DNA of 36,273 bases from an archaeon (GTDB taxonomy: Archaea; Aenigmatarchaeota; Aenigmatarchaeia; GW2011-AR5): positions 1-36,273 of the forward strand of contig JACPVU010000034.1 of NCBI GenBank assembly GCA_016191585.1, read 5' to 3'. The notes beneath the pieces were generated by a model that ran no database searches, was not told the origin of the DNA, and was given only the letters and a program-made list of their open reading frames with translations. Position 1 is the stretch's first letter, and each line of letters starts with the position of its first letter. Below, piece after piece: positions 1 to 9,047 of this stretch. A program made the position numbers and the translations under genes.

Positions 1-1178
1 ACCTTGGTTCGTGGTCAAATCATCCGGACCTTAAGGACTATTCTATCATCGCTTTTGAAAAAGCCGTCGATACTTGCATTTCCGAGGAAGTTGACTTTAT
101 TATCATCGCCGGAGACCTCTTTGACACGTCGATACCGCCTATAGACGTGCTCCGCCGTGCAGCCTCGAAACTCAGGCAGCTGAAAGAAAACAATATTGGC
201 GTATACGTGATATCAGGATCTCACGATTATTCCCCTTCTGGCAAAACAATGTTATCGGTGCTGGAAGATTCGGGACTTCTCGTGGACGTATTCAAGTACG
301 AAGAAATCGATGGCAAGATAAGACTGAAGTTCACTGAAGACAAGAAAACAGGTGTAAAGTTCACTGGCATCATGGGAAGAAAAGGATCTCTAGAACTTTC
401 ATTTTATAAGAGGCTTGACAAATCCGTCGAAAAAGAACCTGGAAATAAAATATTTCTGTTTCACGCAGGCATAGACGACAAGAAGTTTGTCCATATGAAT
501 GACTCCATGATTGTGCCTGTTGACGAACTTCCGAAAGGCTTCTCGTATTATGCAAGCGGCCACATACACAAGCAGTATTTTGATCCCGAAAGAAGGATAG
601 TATTTCCGGGCGAACTTTTTCCGACTAGCTTTGACGAGCTGGAAAACTACAACGGCGGCTTTGTAATCGTCAACATGGACGACGAATCTTTTGGCATAGA
701 GCGGAAAAGTGTCAAGCTGTTTGATGTTGTGCTGATGAAAATTGATGTAGAAAATAAGAACCCGCTTGTCGTTGAGAAGGAAATCACCGGAAAAATAGAA
801 AAAACAGATCTGGACGGAAAAGTTCTTTTATTGAAGCTTCACGGCATGCTCGACGGAAAGGTATCTGACATAAATTTCAATTATATTACGGCTATAGCGG
901 AACAAAATGGTGTAATTGTCATCAAAAAGAGCCTTTCTGCAGTGACAACAAAGGAATTCAATGAAACTATCGTGAGAACAGCCCAGTCAACAGACCAGAT
1001 AGAACGGATTATAATCAGCGAACAGAAGGAATCTCTGAAGCTCGCAGGCACAGACGACATAGAGTCACTTGTCATGAATGTTATGAAGGCACTGGACGAG
1101 GAGAAGATGGAAGACGAGACAAATGCAACTTTTGAGGCAAGGCTGAAGGCAAACGCAAAGAAGGTGCTTGGACTATGA
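1..1178 (+). CDS. mre11: Mre11 double-strand-break repair nuclease (5' end lies upstream of the window)
   Basis: Frame 3 is open from nt 3 with no start codon. Phosphoesterase motifs are present: DFIIIAGDLFD, ISGSHD, FLFHAG, ASGHIH. The stop overlaps the rad50 start in ATGA (1175-1178), typical of mre11-rad50 translational coupling. Confidence 0.85.
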   Translation, partial: LGSWSNHPDLKDYSIIAFEKAVDTCISEEVDFIIIAGDLFDTSIPPIDVLRRAASKLRQLKENNIGVYVISGSHDYSPSGKTMLSVLEDSGLLVDVFKYEEIDGKIRLKFTEDKKTGVKFTGIMGRKGSLELSFYKRLDKSVEKEPGNKIFLFHAGIDDKKFVHMNDSMIVPVDELPKGFSYYASGHIHKQYFDPERRIVFPGELFPTSFDELENYNGGFVIVNMDDESFGIERKSVKLFDVVLMKIDVENKNPLVVEKEITGKIEKTDLDGKVLLLKLHGMLDGKVSDINFNYITAIAEQNGVIVIKKSLSAVTTKEFNETIVRTAQSTDQIERIIISEQKESLKLAGTDDIESLVMNVMKALDEEKMEDETNATFEARLKANAKKVLGL

Positions 1179-2848
1179 TAATAAAATCCGTCCAGATGAA
1201 GAATATCCGCAGCTACGAGGACGAGAAAGTGGAATTTCCATTAGGATCAACGCTGCTTGCAGGCGACATAGGTACGGGAAAATCAACGATACTCCTGGCT
1301 ATAGATTTTGCATTTTTTGGCTTCAGAAAAGGCGAACTATCAGGTTCTGACATGCTGAGACACGGAAAGGACCGCGGTTCCGTGAAAGTAAATTTCGAGC
1401 TTGAGGGAAAAAATATTTCCATAGAACGCACCATAAAGCGCGGAAAAGACTCATTCCCCCAGGACAACTGCATAATGAATATAAACGAAACTACGTATGA
1501 AATGACGCCGGTTGAACTGAAGTCAAAAGTACTGGAAATGTTCGGCTACCCGCAGGATATACTCAAGAAAAACAGGCCGCTTTTCCGCTTCACCGTATAC
1601 ACCCCGCAGGAGCACATGAAGCAGATACTGATCGACGAGGAAGAGAGGCTGGAGATACTGAGGAATATTTTCAGCATCGATAAATACGGCCGCATACGCA
1701 GCAACGGCAAAATATTTGTCACAGAACTAAGGGCCATGAAACGCGAATGCGAGGCAGTGGCGAGGGACATAGACATAGACAAAAAAAGGCTTGAAGAGTT
1801 CATTGAACTTCAGATGAATGCATCAGCAGATCTCGACACGGAAAAAAATAAGCTGAACAGTATTAATGCGAGGGTGGATTCAGTCCAGGAAAGGCTTTCT
1901 GCAATGAAGACGAAATTCAACGAGATAAATAACGCAAAGCACCTTCTCACGAAAAAGGAATCAGATATAAGGTCAAAGCAGGTTCGCACCAGGAAACTCG
2001 AAGAAGACGCTGTTAATTTTGAGGCGAAAATAACAAAAAACATAGAGGAACTTGACAGGATCGGAAACGTGCCGTCAGCAGCGGAGATAAAGACCCGTAT
2101 GCTGGAACTCGAGAAGATGAGGGACAGGCTTGTATCGGAAAAGGCAATACTTAACAACGAAGTGAAAAATCTCGATAAAATATATTCTGACGGTGTATGC
2201 ACGACATGCGGCCAGAAGGTTTTCAACCCGTCTGATTTCAGGAACAATATCGACGAAAAAATCAGCAGGATAAAGGAGATAGACTCAAGCATTTCAGCCA
2301 TCAACAACGATACAGCAATGCAGAAAGACCTTCTTCCGCTGTCGGAAAGGCGCGAGAACATAAAACATTCCCACGATGACTTCGTGTACTGGAAAAACGA
2401 GGCAGCAGCAGAAAAAGGGGTTCTGACAATTGATATAAAAAATCTTCATAAAGAGATCCTGGATCTGGAGGAAAAAACAGCCGGTTTCGAGACGATCTCC
2501 GCCGAGATCAGTGCAATCGATGAAGAAGCCAGGAACATTCAGATCGAGAAAACTTTCATAGAAAAAAATGTCTCAAGGATCGAGCAGCAGATTCGTGACG
2601 CTGAAAAGAATACAGCCGAAACAAGGCGTACGATAGAAAAGAAAGAAGGCATGAGGGAGAAGGCAGCAATGATAAGCGACATCATCGGGTGGTTCGAGCC
2701 TTTCACGAACCTCATGGAATCCATCGAGAAATCAGTCCTGTACACCGTCCAGAAGCAGTTCAACGAACACTTCCAGAAATGGTTCAGTATAATAATGGAA
2801 GACCAGCTGTCTGTAAGGATAACAGGCTGGCCCTTAACAAGGTCATAA
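1175..2848 (+). CDS. rad50: Rad50 ATPase, N-terminal head, coiled coil and zinc hook (frame breaks before the ABC signature motif)
   Basis: Walker A GDIGTGKST lies near the N-terminus. A long K/E/L-rich coiled coil follows, with a CxxC zinc hook (CTTC) at 2198-2209. The ORF stops at 2848 where the LSGGE signature region is expected. Confidence 0.85.
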   Translation: MIIKSVQMKNIRSYEDEKVEFPLGSTLLAGDIGTGKSTILLAIDFAFFGFRKGELSGSDMLRHGKDRGSVKVNFELEGKNISIERTIKRGKDSFPQDNCIMNINETTYEMTPVELKSKVLEMFGYPQDILKKNRPLFRFTVYTPQEHMKQILIDEEERLEILRNIFSIDKYGRIRSNGKIFVTELRAMKRECEAVARDIDIDKKRLEEFIELQMNASADLDTEKNKLNSINARVDSVQERLSAMKTKFNEINNAKHLLTKKESDIRSKQVRTRKLEEDAVNFEAKITKNIEELDRIGNVPSAAEIKTRMLELEKMRDRLVSEKAILNNEVKNLDKIYSDGVCTTCGQKVFNPSDFRNNIDEKISRIKEIDSSISAINNDTAMQKDLLPLSERRENIKHSHDDFVYWKNEAAAEKGVLTIDIKNLHKEILDLEEKTAGFETISAEISAIDEEARNIQIEKTFIEKNVSRIEQQIRDAEKNTAETRRTIEKKEGMREKAAMISDIIGWFEPFTNLMESIEKSVLYTVQKQFNEHFQKWFSIIMEDQLSVRITGWPLTRS

Positions 2849-3066
2849 ACGAGATGGTCGACACGATAAGGACAAAGGATTTGATGATTCTCGATGAACC
2901 TACGGACGGATTCAGCACAGACCAATTAGACAGAATAAGGGACATAATAAATGAGCTTGATATGAAACAGCTCATAATTGTGTCACACGAACCTAAGATA
3001 GACACGTTTGTGGACAACGTGATAAAGGTCTACAAGGAAGACCACAAGTCAAGGATTGGATATTAG
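2689..3066 (+). CDS. rad50: Rad50 C-terminal fragment (Walker B, D-loop, H-loop) in a different frame
   Basis: Only the part from about 2824 onward looks Rad50-like: RLALNKV..., Walker B LMILDEPTDG, then QLIIVSHEP. It is in frame 1, whereas the N-terminal part is in frame 2, and the homologous part has no credible start of its own. Confidence 0.6.
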   Translation: MVRAFHEPHGIHREISPVHRPEAVQRTLPEMVQYNNGRPAVCKDNRLALNKVINEMVDTIRTKDLMILDEPTDGFSTDQLDRIRDIINELDMKQLIIVSHEPKIDTFVDNVIKVYKEDHKSRIGY

Positions 3067-3168
3067 TAAGAAAAAGGATGCTGGATACTTTTATCATTGT
3101 AGCAAACTTTGAAGCAACAGCATTCTGATTTGCTCATAATGTCAGCTTCGTCTGATAATTAATTAGAA

Positions 3169-4104
3169 TCAGTTTTCGCAGCTGTAGTTTCTGAAGTCAA
3201 CACGCACACGGTCTATTGATTCATTGCCTACTATATTCAAACTTCTTAGATCGTTTTTAATTTCAGAAATTATATCTTTGCCGTTTTTTCCGCTGTACTT
3301 CCTGAGGTTGATTTCACCGATTTTCTTGCTATTGTTGTCTCTTATTGCAAGCTTGTAGCTACCAATATCGTACACTGCGTAGTCGCTGCCCCAGTTTGTA
3401 TTTTCTCTTTCGCAGTCGAATATTTTCTCCAAGTACCCTATTGTCACGTCATCTAGCTGGTTGTCGCAGACCTTGCCGGAATACCGCATAACATATGAAA
3501 ATTCCTTTTCATTACTGTAAGGCTGTCTGTCTGGTTTGTCATCAGGTTTCTTTCCATCGTCAACATTAGGTTTTTGTTTGTGTTTGTTGTCATCTTTATT
3601 GTCATCAGGTCTGTAACCATCGGGATTTCGGCTGCCGTTATCTACGATTTTTTTCAGCCTGTCTATTTCGTCCTGCATTTCCCTGAATTTATCCTCATTA
3701 TCAACAGGAACACCGTTGCCATTGTAGATATAACCATTCACCATGCGGTATCGCGGCACAGGGTCAGCATTTACATACTGGTTATAATAATAGTAAGGCT
3801 GTCCAACAACAACCCCTGGCTGGACCACTGGAACTCTTGTAGATGCTGCATAAAGATTATACAGGTTGTAATACTGCTGATAAAGTTGAGCAGGCGGACC
3901 GCACGGATTTCCGTAGCCATAATTCAAGTTCCCGTAATTCTGGTAGTATCCATAATTATTGCCGAAGTTATTCCCGAAGAAAACACCTGCATGACCGTAG
4001 AAACGTGTCTGTGCATCAGCATCAGAAGGAGCGATCATTTTTGCAACAAGTATGACTGCTGCAGCTTTTCCGACCTTTTTGGCGACCTTACCCATTATCC
4101 CCAT
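3169..4104 (-). CDS. Secreted or membrane-anchored protein with a Y/N/G/Q-rich low-complexity domain, a D/K/P-rich linker and a Cys-containing C-terminal domain
   Basis: Long ORF. The ATG at 4104 is preceded by AGGTG about 6 nt upstream. The N-terminus MGIMGKVAKKVGKAAAVILVAKMIAPSDADA is hydrophobic. I recognise no family. Confidence 0.6.
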   Translation of the reverse strand: MGIMGKVAKKVGKAAAVILVAKMIAPSDADAQTRFYGHAGVFFGNNFGNNYGYYQNYGNLNYGYGNPCGPPAQLYQQYYNLYNLYAASTRVPVVQPGVVVGQPYYYYNQYVNADPVPRYRMVNGYIYNGNGVPVDNEDKFREMQDEIDRLKKIVDNGSRNPDGYRPDDNKDDNKHKQKPNVDDGKKPDDKPDRQPYSNEKEFSYVMRYSGKVCDNQLDDVTIGYLEKIFDCERENTNWGSDYAVYDIGSYKLAIRDNNSKKIGEINLRKYSGKNGKDIISEIKNDLRSLNIVGNESIDRVRVDFRNYSCEN

Positions 4105-4245
4105 TTTCCACACCTAAAACGTATTTATATGATTCCTGACAAGTTTTTAAGCTGCTGAAATAACAGCAAAAGCCGGTTATTTACGAATATAGTAATCCTT
4201 GAAGACTTAAATATCTTTGTATTGTAACTATTTGAGAGTGATAAA

Positions 4246-4881
4246 ATGGGTAAATATAATGGAGAAAAACCGTCTTATTCGCGTTTTGAAACTTACAAAA
4301 AAATTGATAAAACCCTGATAAATAAGACAAATATAACCGAAGAACACATAGACAATTTAAATAGCGCTATCGGTGTTGTGGCAAAGAATTATACGGCAAT
4401 AGGTATTTTACTATCAATGAAAGAAATGGAAAATAAGTCCGAAATAGTTAAAATAAACGAGCTCAATTCCGATATCATGAATTACATAGTAAACACGCAT
4501 ATAAAAAATTCATACGATGTAGACGATGGTATATTTCTTGAATTTTTCTTGTCAAATGTACAAAACATGTTTCCATCAATAAATGGCAATATGAGATTTG
4601 TTGTTGATAATAACCCGGTAGAAAAAGTTGACAAAAAATACAAAGCAAGGGGCATGAAAACTGTTAAAAAAATATACAAATCCTTTAAAGACGATGCACT
4701 GAACAAAATTCCGGAATACTGGAATCGTGAAAGAGCGGCTACATTGCTGAACTACATAAAAAGCAATGCAGATGAAAATGCAAAGAAAGCTGTTGAAAAA
4801 ATGCTTACAGAACTTTGTTATTCGAAAGAAAACGTTGATGCAATTCATGAATCTGTTAAGAAAATAGCAAAAACCCTATAA
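4246..4881 (+). CDS. Hypothetical protein (K/N/E-rich, no recognisable family)
   Basis: 211-aa ORF with a TTAAATAT box at 4207-4214 and a purine-rich stretch just before the ATG. No motif recognised. Confidence 0.5.
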   Translation: MGKYNGEKPSYSRFETYKKIDKTLINKTNITEEHIDNLNSAIGVVAKNYTAIGILLSMKEMENKSEIVKINELNSDIMNYIVNTHIKNSYDVDDGIFLEFFLSNVQNMFPSINGNMRFVVDNNPVEKVDKKYKARGMKTVKKIYKSFKDDALNKIPEYWNRERAATLLNYIKSNADENAKKAVEKMLTELCYSKENVDAIHESVKKIAKTL

Positions 4882-4986
4882 TTTTACCTTCTGTTTGCAC
4901 GAAAAGCAGACATTCTTTCCCTTTGACTTGTCAACAAGCCTTTTTCTTTTGCAGAAGAAACATTTTGCTATGGAAAGACTCATCAT
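4876..4986 (-). CDS. Possible 36-aa zinc-ribbon mini-protein (below the ORF-track cutoff)
   Basis: My own translation gives MMSLSIAKCFFCKRKRLVDKSKGKNVCFSCKQKVKL. Two CxxC pairs are spaced 14 residues apart. It fills an otherwise empty gap between 4881 and 5071. Confidence 0.35.
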   Translation of the reverse strand: MMSLSIAKCFFCKRKRLVDKSKGKNVCFSCKQKVKL

Positions 4987-5070
4987 AATTACACACCCAA
5001 CAGTTTAATTATGCACGTGCTTGGATAAAAAGATGTAAATCATTGTCAAGGCGAAAATATACTGTCAACT

Positions 5071-5382
5071 TTATCTTTTCCTTTGCTGTGTAGGCCTTAT
5101 CATTGGTGCAAGGTATTCCTTGTCCTTCAGCATTTTCTCGGCCTTCTTCAGGTTCTGTCCTATGTACTTCATCATCTTCCTTTTCTGGAAATCCGGGGTA
5201 AATCCTTCCTCGATGCCTTTCAGGTACGACTCTATGTTATCGAGAAACTGCAATACTGTTAATCTTTTGTTTATATTATTCTCCCTGTCAGCCCTTTCCC
5301 GCAGGCGGTCGTATTTTTTTCTCAGCCTGTAAGGCGTATTCCTGAAGAAGAAAAAATCAACTACGCTCATAAATTGCACCAT
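5071..5382 (-). CDS. Hypothetical small basic protein
   Basis: 103-aa ORF. A TATA-like ATAAGTATAT lies immediately upstream on the minus strand, suggesting a leaderless transcript. No family recognised. Confidence 0.45.
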   Translation of the reverse strand: MVQFMSVVDFFFFRNTPYRLRKKYDRLRERADRENNINKRLTVLQFLDNIESYLKGIEEGFTPDFQKRKMMKYIGQNLKKAEKMLKDKEYLAPMIRPTQQRKR

Positions 5383-5407
5383 ATATACTTATAACAGACT
5401 AAATTTA

Positions 5408-6073
5408 ATGTTTATCATGGACAAAAGTTCCCATATTGGCGTGGACGAATCAGGCAAGGGCGACTATTTCGGTTACCTGGTCGCGGCAGGCGTGCTCGTG
5501 GATGAAGGAAGTGAAAAAAAGCTCAAACAGCTTGGTGTGAAGGACTCAAAAAAACTTCTTGACGCAACTGCGTTGAAGATAGCTGTCCAGATAAAGAAAG
5601 TGTGCAAGTACGACATTGTAAAAATCTCCCCCGAACGTTATAACTCGTTGTACAAAAAGTTCGGTCCTAGGGGCCTGAACAAGCTCCTGGCGTGGTGCCA
5701 CGCGCGTGTCATTGAAAATCTTCTGGAGAAGAATGAGTGCAGTTATGTGATTACAGACAAGTTTGGCGATGAAAAATTCCTGAAAGATGCGCTGATGGAA
5801 AGGGGAAAGAAAACAAGGATTATCCAGCAGGTGCGTGCCGAAAGCGACATAGCAGTCGCAGCTGCATCCATCCTGGCGAGGGCAGAGTTCCTGAAAACCC
5901 TCAGGAAGCTGTCGCTTGAAGTCGGCTACAAGCTGCCAAAAGGTTCTACCGATGTAGAGGCGACAGCGAAACTGATGGTGGAAAAATACGGCGAAAAGCT
6001 CCTGCCTATGGTAGCAAAGATGCACTTCAAGATTACGAAACGCGTCCTAAAGAAGACAATACAGTCAAAATAA
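5408..6073 (+). CDS. rnhC: RNase HIII-like ribonuclease H (type 2), catalytic domain only
   Basis: GVDESGKGDYFGYLV matches the RNase HIII DESGKGD(Y/F)FG motif rather than the archaeal RNase HII DEAGRGP motif. DSKKL, DKFGDE and AESDIAVAAASILAR are also present. At 221 aa it lacks the roughly 80-aa N-terminal domain of bacterial RNase HIII. Confidence 0.75.
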   Translation: MFIMDKSSHIGVDESGKGDYFGYLVAAGVLVDEGSEKKLKQLGVKDSKKLLDATALKIAVQIKKVCKYDIVKISPERYNSLYKKFGPRGLNKLLAWCHARVIENLLEKNECSYVITDKFGDEKFLKDALMERGKKTRIIQQVRAESDIAVAAASILARAEFLKTLRKLSLEVGYKLPKGSTDVEATAKLMVEKYGEKLLPMVAKMHFKITKRVLKKTIQSK

Positions 6074-6128
6074 CTTATAAGTTGACGGTATCAAAAAGGC
6101 TTAAATAAATTTTGTATAAGTTTTGTGT

Positions 6129-6458
6129 ATGCCCGAGAAGATTTTGTATTCACCAAAAACATATAAAAATAACGCAGAGCTTTTGATAACACCATACCCC
6201 CCTGAAAAAGGCTATGCCGGAGTACTCATAACCATACCAAAAGACGAAATATGGAATAAAGAACCAAAGGGTAATTTTGATGTCATGGACTACGACGATG
6301 AGAGTGATGACTGGTATCCTGTCAAAAGCATAGAAAACGTTAAAATACCAGAACTTTTTCTGTCAAAAGTAAGAATTATGTTTTCTCCTCCTGACATATC
6401 AATAATCGAGCAGTTGAAATCCATCTACATAGACAAGCTTTTCGAGTCACTAAAGTAA
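6129..6458 (+). CDS. Hypothetical protein
   Basis: ORF with its first ATG at 6129 and a TTAAATAA box at 6101-6108, about 21-28 nt upstream, suggesting a leaderless transcript. No family recognised. Confidence 0.45.
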   Translation: MPEKILYSPKTYKNNAELLITPYPPEKGYAGVLITIPKDEIWNKEPKGNFDVMDYDDESDDWYPVKSIENVKIPELFLSKVRIMFSPPDISIIEQLKSIYIDKLFESLK

Positions 6459-6480
6459 TAGAAATTCGTTTATTGGCAGT

Positions 6481-6996
6481 CTATACCTTTCTTGACGACG
6501 CTATGTTCAGGTATTCATCAGGCTTCAGCAGCGACAGGCCTGCGCGGTCGCCGACAATCTCGACCTTTACGATGTTCTGTGGGTTCTTCAGATCAACTTT
6601 CGGCTTGTTTATATGTTCAGTAAGGCTCATTACAATGTCCATCGTGTTTCCTTCAAAGCCGCGTTTTCCTATGTCTATTTTCCACGATTCTGACTGGTCT
6701 ATTTTTGCGTCCATTGATTTTACAACATTTGACATGTCCGTCATGGTAGAATTGCACCACGTTTCTATCGGTATCCACCTGAATGTGTATTTGAATTTAT
6801 ACGGCTCTTCTGAGAAAATTTCCGATATTTGTTTCACGACAACCTTTGGGTTTTGTGCTGTATGCAGCATTGCCACGCCCTCAAACCCGCTTTCAAGGAA
6901 CTTCACATCGCTGAACTGTTCTGCAAGCTCCTTTATCTCCTGCTCTGCTTTCTGTGCATGCGTCGGATTGTAGGTTACAATCAAATTTGCTTCCAT
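6481..6996 (-). CDS. THUMP-domain RNA-binding protein
   Basis: 171 aa, with the stand-alone archaeal THUMP layout: ...YKFKYTFRWIPIE..., ...WKIDIGKRGFEG..., KVDLKNPQNIVKVEIVGDRAGLSLL. The overlapping plus-strand ORF is S/F/C-rich nonsense. Confidence 0.7.
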   Translation of the reverse strand: MEANLIVTYNPTHAQKAEQEIKELAEQFSDVKFLESGFEGVAMLHTAQNPKVVVKQISEIFSEEPYKFKYTFRWIPIETWCNSTMTDMSNVVKSMDAKIDQSESWKIDIGKRGFEGNTMDIVMSLTEHINKPKVDLKNPQNIVKVEIVGDRAGLSLLKPDEYLNIASSRKV

Positions 6997-7100
6997 ATTG
7001 TCACCAAATTCTATAATCGTTTCAAATCTTTTAATGCATAACCAAAACGCAAAAATCTTATCGAAATCTTTATTACAGTTTCTATCACAAAGTAACTTTT

Positions 7101-8564
7101 ATGGTCAAACATTCGGATATAACGAGAAAAATTGTTGTAAGTGGAAAATTAAGAAAACCTGATGTAGCTGACGAGACAGCCAGAAAAAACATGCGTTATT
7201 CTACGTCAGAAGGTGTGTTCAACTCGTCTTCAGACAGCATCAACAACACATTTCTTACCCCTTTTGCGATGTCTATGGGTGCAACTTCAGCAGAGGTTGG
7301 CATCCTTTCAGCTGCACAGAACCTTGCCAGCACCCTTTCGCAGATACCTGGTGCCATGCTTACCGAATACGTCGACAGGAAGACAATATGGATTTTTGCC
7401 CAGACATTCGGAAAAATCCTGCTCTGGATACCTCTTTTGCTGCTGCCGTTTTTAGGCATCAGCAATCCTGTTTCTATCTTCATCATGATTGCTTTCCTGA
7501 TATCTTTTGCAACAGGCGTACGAAGACCAGCATGGACAAGCCTCATGGGAGACGTGATACCGGCAAGCATCCGTGGCAGATATTTCGGTTCAAGAAACAT
7601 GATACTTGGCGTTGCCGGAATAGCTATGACGCTGGTTGGCGGCTATATAGTATCAAACTACGGATTTTCGACGATATTTATCATCTACATAGTTCTCAAT
7701 CTTGCTGCAATACCATTTTTTCTCAGAATGATCGAACCACCGTCCAAGAGAATATACCACTACAAGCACAGGATTTCCATAAAGCCCAGCAACTGGCCTT
7801 CTGCAATACGCGCTAACAGGGGTTTGTCAATATTTACAGCCTTTCTTGGAATAATGTATTTTTCCACGACAATTGCCTCACCTTTTTACACCGTCTACAT
7901 GCTGCGCGATCTGCACATAAATTATCTTATTTTTGCGGTCCTGACCACAGTAGGTGCAGCTGCTCACATAGTAACTTACAAGTACTGGGGAAAGCTTATT
8001 GACAGGTTTGGCAGCAGGAGCATATTGTTCATAACAGCGTCACTCAGCATATTTACGCCGCTGCTGTGGATATTGTCAAGCAATCCTCTGTCAATTGCAA
8101 TCCTGCTTGTATTTGACGGATTCATATGGGCAGGATTTGACCAGGTTGCATTTACGTTTCTTTTGGACATAATACCTGCTGAGAGAAGGCCCCAGTATAT
8201 TGCAAACCACAATTTCTTTGTTGGCATAGGAATATTTATGGGTGCATTAACAGGAGGTGTTCTTGCCACCATATTTGAAACACAGACATTATTCATATTT
8301 GCAGGGCTGCATGTACTGTTCCTCATATCCTTCCTGCTCAGGCTCGTGCCGCTTGTTCTGCTTACGAAACTGCCGTACATGGATGTCAGGCAGACTGACA
8401 TTGTTCCTGTGAAATACGTCTTCATGCAGGCAATGACGGTCGAACCAGTCAAGGATATAAACAACCTTATACACTACACATTCCGCTACCCCTATGAAAT
8501 AGAGAAGGAGTTTATGAGAGATATCAGAAAAATCAAGTACAAAATCAGGATGAAGACTGCTTAG
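7101..8564 (+). CDS. MFS-type membrane transporter
   Basis: 487 aa with about 12 hydrophobic segments. An MFS-like loop GVRRPAWTSLMGDVIPASIRGRYFG follows TM2/3. Confidence 0.7.
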   Translation: MVKHSDITRKIVVSGKLRKPDVADETARKNMRYSTSEGVFNSSSDSINNTFLTPFAMSMGATSAEVGILSAAQNLASTLSQIPGAMLTEYVDRKTIWIFAQTFGKILLWIPLLLLPFLGISNPVSIFIMIAFLISFATGVRRPAWTSLMGDVIPASIRGRYFGSRNMILGVAGIAMTLVGGYIVSNYGFSTIFIIYIVLNLAAIPFFLRMIEPPSKRIYHYKHRISIKPSNWPSAIRANRGLSIFTAFLGIMYFSTTIASPFYTVYMLRDLHINYLIFAVLTTVGAAAHIVTYKYWGKLIDRFGSRSILFITASLSIFTPLLWILSSNPLSIAILLVFDGFIWAGFDQVAFTFLLDIIPAERRPQYIANHNFFVGIGIFMGALTGGVLATIFETQTLFIFAGLHVLFLISFLLRLVPLVLLTKLPYMDVRQTDIVPVKYVFMQAMTVEPVKDINNLIHYTFRYPYEIEKEFMRDIRKIKYKIRMKTA

Positions 8565-8621
8565 TTCCCAGTTTTGGCAGCATTTAAATACTTTCTTGTT
8601 TTTACAAAAATAGTGATATAA

Positions 8622-8831
8622 GTGAAAACCTATAAATTGAAAAACATAGTAAAGGGATTGGGAATAGCATATATAGTATTTGGGTCTCTTTCAATGCTTG
8701 GCGAAGATGTAACAGGTCACAGAAGCTCCGATTTATACTTGGGAAAAAGACCGCTCACAGGCTTTGAAAAAGCTATTTACAAACCGTTTTTTGAGACTTC
8801 CGACAAAAACGCAAAAGATTATCTAAAATAA
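8622..8831 (+). CDS. Hypothetical small membrane protein (GTG start)
   Basis: 69-aa ORF with one hydrophobic segment. A TTTAAATA box lies at 8583-8590. Confidence 0.3.
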   Translation: MKTYKLKNIVKGLGIAYIVFGSLSMLGEDVTGHRSSDLYLGKRPLTGFEKAIYKPFFETSDKNAKDYLK

Positions 8832-9047
8832 ACCTTTGTTCTGGACAGCCGAATGTAAATTCCACCGCAAACAAATCATAGAAAAAGAGGTTTACATTAT
8901 AATTGCAGACAAATGCTTTTATTCTTATTTACCTTTTACCAGGGCAATAAATGTAATTGCTTCGTGATTGATGTTATATGCGTTTTTAAAATGCCGAGTA
9001 AACTGAAAGCTTTAAGTATGTACAAGAAATATTATTCTCCGATAAAA

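Noticed and set aside
1810-2361. 183-aa minus-strand ORF inside rad50, plus other antisense ORFs at 1213-1473, 1546-1803 and 2539-2925
   Set aside because: S/F/L-rich sequence is expected for the reverse complement of K/E-rich coiled-coil coding DNA. rad50 explains the region.
6473-6973. 166-aa plus-strand ORF overlapping the THUMP gene
   Set aside because: Its S/F/C-rich composition is typical of antisense translation. The minus strand encodes a family-like THUMP protein over the same span.
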